Part shown: piece by piece, positions 54,918-64,000 of the stretch
Layout of the letters: every line of letters starts with the position of its first letter
Numbering within the stretch: position 1 is the first letter of the stretch
Program-made: the position numbers and the translations under genes
Source: an uncultured delta proteobacterium
GTDB lineage: Bacteria > Myxococcota_A > Polyangia > Polyangiales > B10-G4
DNA: 64,000 nucleotides
Direction: 5' to 3'
Assembly (NCBI GenBank): GCA_963727445.1
Contig: CAVSGI010000020.1
Coordinates: forward strand, 160,001 to 224,000
The notes under the pieces: model-generated
Told to the model about the DNA's origin: nothing
Seen by the model: only the letters and a program-made list of their open reading frames with translations
Database searches by the model: none

Positions 54918-55703
54918 ATGGTCCGCATCGCGCATGCCGCCGCCCTGACGGATGAAGACGTCGTGCCTTTCGCGCACGGGGTGGCGCTCGCGCGCGCCAG
55001 TGGGGGCAAGCTCTTTTCGATCCACGCTCGGCAGCGTGGCGAGGGAAGCGCCACCTTGCCGGACGCTTCCGTGGTGTTGGCCAGCTGGGGCGACGCTGCC
55101 AGCGAGGTCGACGTTCAGGCTGCGGCGCACGATTGCTGCGACGATCCGGTCGACACCTTTCTCGACGCGCTCGCGAAGGTGCGTCCCGACCTGGTGATCA
55201 CCGCCACGCATCAGCGCGAAGGGATCGCTCGCGCGCTGTTCGGAAGCCGCGCCGAGGCGATCGCCCACAACGTGGCGGTGCCAACGCTCTTTCTCCCGGT
55301 CGGGGTCGACGGTTTCGTCTCGCGCGTGGACGGTCGCATCGACTTGAGCCGCATTCTGGTGCCGCTCGGCGACCCGACGGAGGCCCAGGCAGCGGTGAGC
55401 GCAGCCGTATCTCTGGCCCGAATGGCGGGCGCCACCTCGGTCGAGCTGACCCTCCTTCACGTCGGATCGCCCCAGAGCGCGCCGCCAGTGGAAGTTCCCA
55501 TCGCCGACGACTGGGTCGTGCGCCGTATCGACGTGGAGAAGGGGAAGCTCGAGGACGCCATTTTGAGTCACGCCCGAGACGCGCGGCTCGTCGTCATGGC
55601 GACGCGCGGTCACGACTCTCTTGGGGACGTGCTGCGCGGCAGCCACACCGACCGCGTCCTGCACCGAGCCAGGTGCCCGGTCCTCTCGGTCCCCGTCATC
55701 TAG
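54918..55703 (+). CDS. Tandem universal stress protein
   Basis: PDLVITATH...GSRAEAIAH and LVVMATRG...GSHTDRVLHRARCPVL. Confidence 0.9.
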   Translation: MVRIAHAAALTDEDVVPFAHGVALARASGGKLFSIHARQRGEGSATLPDASVVLASWGDAASEVDVQAAAHDCCDDPVDTFLDALAKVRPDLVITATHQREGIARALFGSRAEAIAHNVAVPTLFLPVGVDGFVSRVDGRIDLSRILVPLGDPTEAQAAVSAAVSLARMAGATSVELTLLHVGSPQSAPPVEVPIADDWVVRRIDVEKGKLEDAILSHARDARLVVMATRGHDSLGDVLRGSHTDRVLHRARCPVLSVPVI

Positions 55704-55726
55704 GCCCGGCTGGCGCGCATCGAAGC

Positions 55727-56158
55727 ATGGAACACTTCACCCCCATCGCATCGACCCTCGGTGGGATCCTGATCGGGATCAGCTCCGTGATGCTGCTCGT
55801 CTTCAACGGGCGCATCGCAGGCGTCAGCGGCGTGGCCGGCAAGATCATCGGCGGAACCAGGGGCGACATCGCCTGGCGTGTCGCCTTCGTCGTAGGGCTG
55901 GTGATCGCCGGCATCGGCGCCTCTCTGGTCGCGCCGAATCTCATGGATGTCGGCCTGGAGCGGTCGCCCGTCGCCATCGCGCTCGCCGGGCTCCTGGTCG
56001 GTTTCGGGACGAGGCTCGGCTCGGGCTGTACGAGCGGACACGGCGTCTGTGGTCTCGGGCGCCTCTCGGTGCGTTCTCTCGCTGCGGTGCTGACCTTCAT
56101 GGCATCCGGCGCCGCCGTCGTGTTCCTGGTTCGCACCATCTTCGGGGGCTCGGTATGA
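55727..56158 (+). CDS. YeeE/YedE family sulfur-compound transporter subunit
   Basis: GRIAGVSG and GTRLGSGCTSGHGVCG. Confidence 0.93.
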   Translation: MEHFTPIASTLGGILIGISSVMLLVFNGRIAGVSGVAGKIIGGTRGDIAWRVAFVVGLVIAGIGASLVAPNLMDVGLERSPVAIALAGLLVGFGTRLGSGCTSGHGVCGLGRLSVRSLAAVLTFMASGAAVVFLVRTIFGGSV

Positions 56159-56610
56159 AACGGATCGTCTTCGCGCTCGCCTCCGGGCTTCTCTTCGGCA
56201 TCGGTCTGGTCGTCGCCGGGATGACCCAACCCGCCAAGGTCGTGGGCTTCCTCGACTTCGGCGGCGACTGGGATCCGAGCCTGGCCTTCGTGATGGGAAG
56301 TGCGTTTCTCGTCTATGCCGCCGGATACCGGTGGGTTGCGCGTCGAGGGCGACCCCTCTTCGACGACATGCTCCACCTCCCCAATCGGCGCGACATCGAC
56401 CTCCCCCTCCTCGCCGGGGCCGTGCTCTTCGGAGCCGGTTGGGGCCTGGCGGGCTACTGCCCGGGACCGGCCATCGTCGCCATGGGGACCGGCGGCTTTC
56501 GGGGCCTGCTCTTCGGGGCCGCCATGGTAATCGGCATGTCCCTGCATCAGGCGACGATCGCCCGGGGTGCACCGGGTCCCGACGTTCGAAAGCACGGCGA
56601 GACCGCGTGA
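56155..56610 (+). CDS. YeeE/YedE family partner subunit
   Basis: GMTQPAKVVGFLD, WDPSL, GWGLAGYCPGP; ATGA overlap. Confidence 0.93.
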   Translation: MKRIVFALASGLLFGIGLVVAGMTQPAKVVGFLDFGGDWDPSLAFVMGSAFLVYAAGYRWVARRGRPLFDDMLHLPNRRDIDLPLLAGAVLFGAGWGLAGYCPGPAIVAMGTGGFRGLLFGAAMVIGMSLHQATIARGAPGPDVRKHGETA

Positions 56611-56643
56611 GCCCACCACGGATTCGTGCTTACCTCGCATGCG

Positions 56644-57928
56644 ATGAGCGCAAGCGATGACACCGTGCTTCTGGCGTTGGAAGAATTGGGGGGGCCTGCG
56701 ATGGTCCTCGACGACTCTCTCCGCGTCATCCTGGCCACGAAGGGCGCCCACGCGCTGGTAGGCACACCGATCGAAAAGGGCACCCTCGCGCCCGCGATCC
56801 TCTGCGGCGAGGGGCCCGAGCGACCCGTCGCCGAGGCGCTGGCGGCGGGCAGGTCGGTCAACGCCTACGTCCACCGTCCGGCGGCAGACGGCGAGCGCAT
56901 CATCCGGGTGCGCGCGACGCCACTCGAGACCGGCTACCTGCTCCTGTTGGACGAAGAGGGCGAATCGGGTGAGGACGAGGTCGCGAAGAAGTGGGGCGTC
57001 ATCACGCGCGACCCCGCCATGCGCCAGCTCCTCCGCGACGTCGAAAAGGTCGGCCGGAGCGAGAGCTCGGTCCTGGTGCGCGGGGAGACGGGCACCGGCA
57101 AGGAGCTGGTCGCCCGGGCGCTGCACGAATCGTCTCCGCGCGCCGAAGGCCCGTTCCGCGCCATCAACTGCGCGGCGCTTCCCGCGAGCCTCCTCGAGAG
57201 TGTGCTCTTCGGGCACGTGCGCGGGGCCTTCACCGGCGCCGTGCGTGACGAGCCGGGGCAGGTGCGCCTCGCGGACGGCGGCACCCTCTTCCTCGACGAG
57301 GTGGCGGAGCTGCCGCTCGATCTTCAGGCCAAGCTACTGCGTGTCCTGCAGGAGCAGTCGGTCATCCCCGTGGGCGGACAATCCAGTCGCGGTCGACGTG
57401 CGTTTCGTGAGCGCGACGCACCAGTCACTTCGGGCCGCCGTGGCCGATGGCCGCTTCCGCGAAGACCTGATGTACCGGCTGCGCGTCATCCCGCTCTATC
57501 TCCCGCCGCTGCGCGAGCGGCGCGGCGACATCGCCTTGCTGGTCGATCGCTTCATTCAGGAGCTCAACGGACGATTCGAACGCAGCGTGGAGCGCGTCAC
57601 GCCGGGCGCCATCTCCGCGCTCGAGGACTACGACTGGCCCGGCAACGTCCGTGAGCTTCACAACGCCATCGAGTACGCCTTCGTGATGGGCGAGGGGACG
57701 ATGCTCACAGAGGCCGAGCTGCCACCGGAGCTGCGCGACGGAGAAATCCGTGGCGCGGTCCCGATGGTCAACGCGCCGGTGGTGGACCCATCCCTGCCTC
57801 CCGAAGCGCGACGCATCGCCACCGCGCTCGAGCGTGCTGGTGGACATCACGCCCGCGCCGCGGCCGCGCTCGGGATGAGCCGCACTACCCTCTGGCGGCG
57901 CATGAAAAAGTACGGCCTCGAGAGTTGA
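56644..57928 (+). CDS. Sigma-54 enhancer-binding protein with PAS-like input domain; frameshift near 57375
   Basis: [19 protein letters not shown]; continues in the next frame with [26 protein letters not shown] and a Fis-type HTH. Confidence 0.88.
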
Positions 57929-58090
57929 GCCGCACGACGGAGGCGACGGAGCGCTGGCGTCGTCACATCGACAAGTTGCTGGATGTGGGCTAGAGGAGGC
58001 GACGACTGCGCGTGGGTCCCGGCGTGCGTGCGGTCAAAGGGGCCCCGATTGGACTCGATAGACAGACAACGCTCGGTCGTCAGCGACTCC

Positions 58091-59080
58091 GTGCGACCAC
58101 CGCTTTCGCGGCTGACCACGCGGTCCGGAAAGGAGTTGCCTCCTCTCGTTCTGGGGACCGCTGCGCTCGGTAGCATCGACCCGACCGGCCTCTGGGGCCG
58201 TGGCGAGCGGCGCCGCGCCTTCGAGCTCCTGGACAGCGTCTTCGAAGAAGGCTGCAGGGCGTTCGACCTCGCGCGTTCGTACAAGGTCGGCGGAACAGAG
58301 CGTGTCTTCGGTGAGTGGCTGCGCCGCTCCGGTGTTCGCGAAGAGATCTTCATCCTGTCGAAGGCAGGCCATCCCTTCCCGGTGATCGCGCCGAATCGCC
58401 TGGGAACGCCTGCGCTCGAGCAGGACCTCTTCACGACCCTGCGGCTCCTGGGCGTCGAATATGTCGACTCGTGGATGCTGCACCGGGACCACGAAGAGGT
58501 GGCGCTCTCCCGCCTCGCCGCCGACCTCGCGCGTTTCGCCGCGGAGGGATTCACGCGTTTCACTGGTGTCTCCAACTGGACCTTCGAGCGCATCACCAGT
58601 CTGGAGGACGCGTCTGCGCACTCGGTGGTGCACGCGTCGAGCCCTCAGTTCTCGCTGGCTGCCTGGAAGGCCTCTCCGTGGCAGGGGTGCTGGAGCATTT
58701 CGGGGCGCAAGCATCGTTACGAACGGCGGCAGTACGCGAGGGCTTCGATGCCCGTCTTCGCCTATTGCGCGCTCGGTCAGGGCTTCCTTACGAGCAAGCG
58801 TGGCCGCGCGCAGCGCGGTCCGTTTCATCAGCGCGCCAGTGTCGAACAGCGTCAGCGTTGTGCCGACCTGGCGAGTCGCCGCGGAACGACGACGGCACAA
58901 GTGGCGCTCGCGTACCTGCTGAACCAACCATTTCCCGTGTTTCCGATCGTCGGTGTGAGTCGTCGGGGACGCATGCGGGAGAATCTGGAGGCCGTGGCGA
59001 TCGAGCTGAGCAGCGAGGAGCTGGCCTGGCTGGAGGATGCGGCGCGGCCGCTGGAGCACGTGCACGAGGTTCGAACGTGA
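58091..59080 (+). CDS. Aldo/keto reductase
   Basis: LVLGT, FDLARSY, ILSKAGH, LHRD, GVSNW, AQVALAYLL; start uncertain. Confidence 0.88.
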   Translation: MRPPLSRLTTRSGKELPPLVLGTAALGSIDPTGLWGRGERRRAFELLDSVFEEGCRAFDLARSYKVGGTERVFGEWLRRSGVREEIFILSKAGHPFPVIAPNRLGTPALEQDLFTTLRLLGVEYVDSWMLHRDHEEVALSRLAADLARFAAEGFTRFTGVSNWTFERITSLEDASAHSVVHASSPQFSLAAWKASPWQGCWSISGRKHRYERRQYARASMPVFAYCALGQGFLTSKRGRAQRGPFHQRASVEQRQRCADLASRRGTTTAQVALAYLLNQPFPVFPIVGVSRRGRMRENLEAVAIELSSEELAWLEDAARPLEHVHEVRT

Positions 59081-60732
59081 AGGCTTCCGCCCGAGGGTCC
59101 AACCGCGAGTGGGATGCGATCGTCGTCGGCTCGGGCGCGACCGGAGGCGTGGCCGCCAAGGCGCTCGCGGAGCGCGGCCTGAGCGTGCTGGTGTTGGAAG
59201 CGGGCAAGCCGGTGGACGCCGCAAAGGGCTACGGGAATGGCGTGAAGAACACGGCGCGGCAGCTGCTTCGCCGCGTCGTGACGAAGCGCCAGACCGTCCA
59301 ATCGCGTCACGCCACTTACTGGACGACCAATCCCGACTTCTTCGTCGATGATGTCGACAACCCCTACAGCGCCCCACCGGACAGGCCTTTCTACTGGGTC
59401 CGTGGTCGTGTTCAGGGCGGGCGCACGCTCACCTGGGACGGCGTGACCCCCCGGCTCTCCGACTACGAGTTTCACGCAGCCTCCCGGGACGGCGTCGGTA
59501 TCGACTGGCCCATCGGGCACGCGGACCTCGCACCCTACTACGAGCGCCTCGAGCGCTACTTCGGGATCCACGGACACCGGGATGGCCTGGCGGCGATCCC
59601 GGACGGTGCGTTCGTCGGAGAGAAAGCGCTCACCGAAGCCGAGCGGGTGTTTCAACGGCGGGTCGCCGAGGAGATGCCCGAACGCCACGTCGTCGTCTCA
59701 CGAGGGATCGCCGCGGGGCGCCGGCCACCGAAGCGGCGCCAGCACTCGGGCTTGTCGAACCTCTCCACCACGTTGCGCGATGCGGCGAAGACCGGGCGCG
59801 CCGAGCTCCTCACCGGGGCCATCGCCAGCCGGATCCTGCTCTCCTCCGACGGGAACCGGGCTGCCGGTGTGGAGTGGGTCGATGCGGATTCCCGCACGGT
59901 TCACGCCTCACATGCCTCGCTCGTCTTTCTCTGCGCTTCCACCATCGAATCCGTTCGATTGCTCCTCAACTCGCATACCAACCAGCACCCGAACGGGATC
60001 GGCGGATCCTCCGGCCATCTGGGCCGGTACTTGATGGATCATGTGGCCTGCAACCTCTACTTCCAACTTCCGGACGTGGCTGCCAGCGGAAGAGCGCATC
60101 CACTGCAAGGGAGCGACGCCTTTCTGGTGCCCCGTTTTCAGAATCTGGGCGATCAGGACAGCGACCATCTCCGAGGCTACGGAATGTGGGGCGGGATCGA
60201 GCGCATCTTCATGCCTCAGTTCGTGCGCAGGCTGCCCGGAGAGGCGTTCGGTTTCATCGTGGCGCGCGGAGAGGTGCTGCCGCATCCCGACAATCGAATC
60301 GAGATCGATGCCGAGCTCGAAGACGCGTGGGGCATCCCCGCGGTGCGCATCGACTGCGAGTGGAAGGAAAACGATCGCCGCGTGGCGGCGGCCGCACGTC
60401 GAACCGCGATCGAGATGATCGAAGCCGCAGGGGGAGAGGTCGCCAACATCGGCGAGTGGGTTCACCCGACGGTGGGGAACGTCTTGTCGCGCGTGCTCCA
60501 CGAGTGGCGCGTGTCCACGCCGGGTCTCTTCGCACACGAGTTGGGCGGTGCCCGAATGGGAAGCTCGAGGGAGGACTCGGTGGTCGACCGCAATTGCGCC
60601 GTCTGGGACGTGCCGAATCTCTTCGTCACCGATGGCGCCTGTTGGCCGTCCTCGGGGTGGCAGAATCCGACGCTGACCGAGATGGCCGTCACCGCCCGGG
60701 CGGTCGACCTGGCGGCGGCCGCGCGTCCCTGA
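59077..60732 (+). CDS. GMC family flavoprotein oxidoreductase
   Basis: VVGSGATGG, GGRTLTW, GRYLMDH, HELGGARMG, NLFVTDG, NPTLT; GTGA overlap. Confidence 0.92.
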   Translation: MKASARGSNREWDAIVVGSGATGGVAAKALAERGLSVLVLEAGKPVDAAKGYGNGVKNTARQLLRRVVTKRQTVQSRHATYWTTNPDFFVDDVDNPYSAPPDRPFYWVRGRVQGGRTLTWDGVTPRLSDYEFHAASRDGVGIDWPIGHADLAPYYERLERYFGIHGHRDGLAAIPDGAFVGEKALTEAERVFQRRVAEEMPERHVVVSRGIAAGRRPPKRRQHSGLSNLSTTLRDAAKTGRAELLTGAIASRILLSSDGNRAAGVEWVDADSRTVHASHASLVFLCASTIESVRLLLNSHTNQHPNGIGGSSGHLGRYLMDHVACNLYFQLPDVAASGRAHPLQGSDAFLVPRFQNLGDQDSDHLRGYGMWGGIERIFMPQFVRRLPGEAFGFIVARGEVLPHPDNRIEIDAELEDAWGIPAVRIDCEWKENDRRVAAAARRTAIEMIEAAGGEVANIGEWVHPTVGNVLSRVLHEWRVSTPGLFAHELGGARMGSSREDSVVDRNCAVWDVPNLFVTDGACWPSSGWQNPTLTEMAVTARAVDLAAAARP

Positions 60733-60737
60733 GCCGC

Positions 60738-61694
60738 TCAGAGGCCGAGCTCGCGCATCTTGCGCCAGAGCGTGGTGCGACTCATGCCGAGGCGTGTGGC
60801 CGCCTCGCCCTTTCGTCCGCCGGTCGCGTCGAGGGCCTCGAGAATGCGTGCGCGCTCGCGAGAGGCAGGAGACTCGCTGCTCGTCCGGCTGTCGGGCGGA
60901 GGTCCTTCGCCGCGGAGCTCCGGCGGTAGATCCGAGATGTCGATCTCCCGGCCCTGTCCAACCGCGAACGCGTAGGACAGCACGTTGCGCAGCTCGCGAA
61001 CGTTGCCCGGCCAGTCGTGTGCCAGGAGCGCGTTCATGGCGCTCGGGGTGAAGCTCTCCATCCGGTGGCTGCTCTCCCGGTTGAGCTCGTCGAGGAAGTG
61101 CCAGGCGAGCGCCTCCACGTCGCCCTCGCGCTCACGCAAGGGCGGCAAGAAGATCGGAACCACGCGGATGCGGTACATGAGGTCGGCGCGGAAGCGGCCG
61201 CGTTCGACCTCGCGCCTCAAGGCGCGATGTGTCGCGCTGACGATGCGAACGTCGACCTCGATCGGGTCGGTCGCGCCCACCGGCACGAAGCGCTTCTCCT
61301 GTAGGACGCGGAGCAGGCGCGCCTGGATATCCGGGTCGATCTCCGCCACCTCGTCGAGAAAGAGCGTCCCCCCATCCGCGCTCTGAAAGAGTCCGACCCG
61401 GTCGCGCACCGCCCCGGTGAACGCGCCGCGCACGTGCCCGAAGAGCTCCGAGGCGAGGAGCTCGGGCGTCAGCGTCGCGCAGTTGACGGCCTTGAAGGGG
61501 GCGCGGCTGCGCGGGGACAGCTCGTGGATGGCGCGGGCGACAAGCTCCTTGCCAGTGCCCGTCTCTCCACGCACCAACACCGCCGCGTCGGATTGAGCGA
61601 CCCGGCCGATGAGCTCGAAGAGCTCCAGCATCGCGGGCGCACGGCTGACCATGCCGTGGAAGAAGGTGAGAGAGGGACGGGGACGTTTCGTCAT
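60738..61694 (-). CDS. Sigma-54 enhancer-binding protein lacking an N-terminal sensory domain
   Basis: AAA+ core begins about 10 residues from the start (FHGMVS..PAM); [25 protein letters not shown]. Confidence 0.92.
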   Translation of the reverse strand: MTKRPRPSLTFFHGMVSRAPAMLELFELIGRVAQSDAAVLVRGETGTGKELVARAIHELSPRSRAPFKAVNCATLTPELLASELFGHVRGAFTGAVRDRVGLFQSADGGTLFLDEVAEIDPDIQARLLRVLQEKRFVPVGATDPIEVDVRIVSATHRALRREVERGRFRADLMYRIRVVPIFLPPLREREGDVEALAWHFLDELNRESSHRMESFTPSAMNALLAHDWPGNVRELRNVLSYAFAVGQGREIDISDLPPELRGEGPPPDSRTSSESPASRERARILEALDATGGRKGEAATRLGMSRTTLWRKMRELGL

Positions 61695-61801
61695 GTTGCA
61701 ACGATGTTGCGACAACATGAAACGGATGGGTGCGTCGGTCAACCTGACGTACTGAAATCATTTTGAAAAATGCTCAACAAGGCGGTGGCCCGGCATGTGC
61801 T
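61691..61801 (+). promoter_or_regulatory. Sigma-54 promoter module (enhancer-like inverted repeat, AT-rich IHF-like tract, -24/-12 box)
   Basis: TCATGTTG...CAACATGA at 61691-61720, ACTGAAATCATTTTGAAAAAT at 61751-61771, TGGCCCGGCATGTGCT (GG-N10-GC) at 61786-61801. Confidence 0.7.
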
Positions 61802-61842
61802 CACCAGTGACCAGGACCCCTCTCCAGAAAAAGGCCAGGCTC

Positions 61843-62552
61843 ATGATCTTCCGCCAGCTCTTCGACCGCGAAACCAGCACCTACACCTATCTCCTGGGTG
61901 ACGAGGAGACCCGCGCAGCCGCCTTGATCGACCCCGTCCTCGAGCAGGTGGAGCGCGACCTTTCGCTCCTGGACGAGCTGGGCCTCAAGCTGACCTACGT
62001 CCTCGAGACGCACGTTCATGCCGACCACGTGACGGCCGCGAGCATCCTGCGCGAGCGCACCGGGGCACGCACGGTGGTCTCGGCCAACGCCGGCGCCGCA
62101 TGTGCCGACGTCACCGCGCACGACGGCGACGTGGTTCGCCTCGGCGGCGTCTCCATCGAGGTGCGGGAGACGCCGGGGCACACGAATGGCTGTCTGACGT
62201 ACGTCACGGCGGACCATCAGTATGCGTTCACCGGTGACGCGCTCTTCATCCGCGGCTGCGGCCGCACGGACTTCCAGGAAGGCGACAGCCGCACGCTCTA
62301 CCGTTCCGTTCACGACAAGATCTTCACGCTCCCCGACAGCTGCGCCATCTACCCCGGACACGACTACAAGGGGCGCACCCGTAGCAGCGTCGGCGAGGAG
62401 AAGCAGTTCAACCCCCGCCTCGGTGGCGAACGCAGCATCGACGACTTCGTCCAGATCATGGACGAGCTGAAGCTCGACCCTCCGAAGCGCATCGCGGTCA
62501 GCGTTCCCGCGAACCAGAACTGCGGTCGGCTCGAGACCGCGAGCCCCGCCCA

Positions 62553-62556
<4 letters not shown>
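61843..62556 (+). CDS. Persulfide dioxygenase (ETHE1-like metallo-beta-lactamase fold)
   Basis: FRQLFD..TSTYTYLL, ETHVHADH, TPGHT, GCGRTDFQ, YPGHDY. Confidence 0.92.

Positions 62557-64000
<1,444 letters not shown>

Overview
High-GC bacterial chromosomal DNA, most likely Myxococcota (Polyangia/Sandaracinaceae-like). This is inferred from the many Cys-rich lipoproteins with DAG/DGG linkers, DUF4388-like proteins, a kinase-like gene and sigma-54 promoters. About 50 CDS; no rRNA, tRNA or CRISPR array seen. Main blocks: (1) 0.4-2.05 kb, a Y1/HUH (RAYT/TnpA-REP-like) nuclease gene bracketed by inverted tandem arrays of an 18-bp core and followed directly by a compact ~154-nt three-stem structured element; (2) 2-15 kb, secreted lipoproteins, a diheme cytochrome c with a CX4CH site, a bestrophin and several gene remnants; (3) 16-27 kb, a cobalamin riboswitch heading an operon of two beta-propeller lipoproteins, a BtuH-like lipoprotein and a TonB receptor, with a BtuFCD-like ABC transporter about 3 kb upstream; (4) 27-55 kb, housekeeping genes (grxD, bolA, rlmN-like, fabD, hppA, fur, secA) and surface proteins, plus a second, unrelated inverted-doublet repeat at 33.55-33.73 kb; (5) 55-64 kb, a sigma-54-controlled sulfur cluster (USP, two YeeE/YedE proteins, two enhancer-binding proteins, persulfide dioxygenase, NrfC-NrfD fusion running off the end). 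Five genes carry single frameshifts, including essential secA, so these are probably sequencing or assembly errors. All calls come from motif recognition by eye; no database searches were run.
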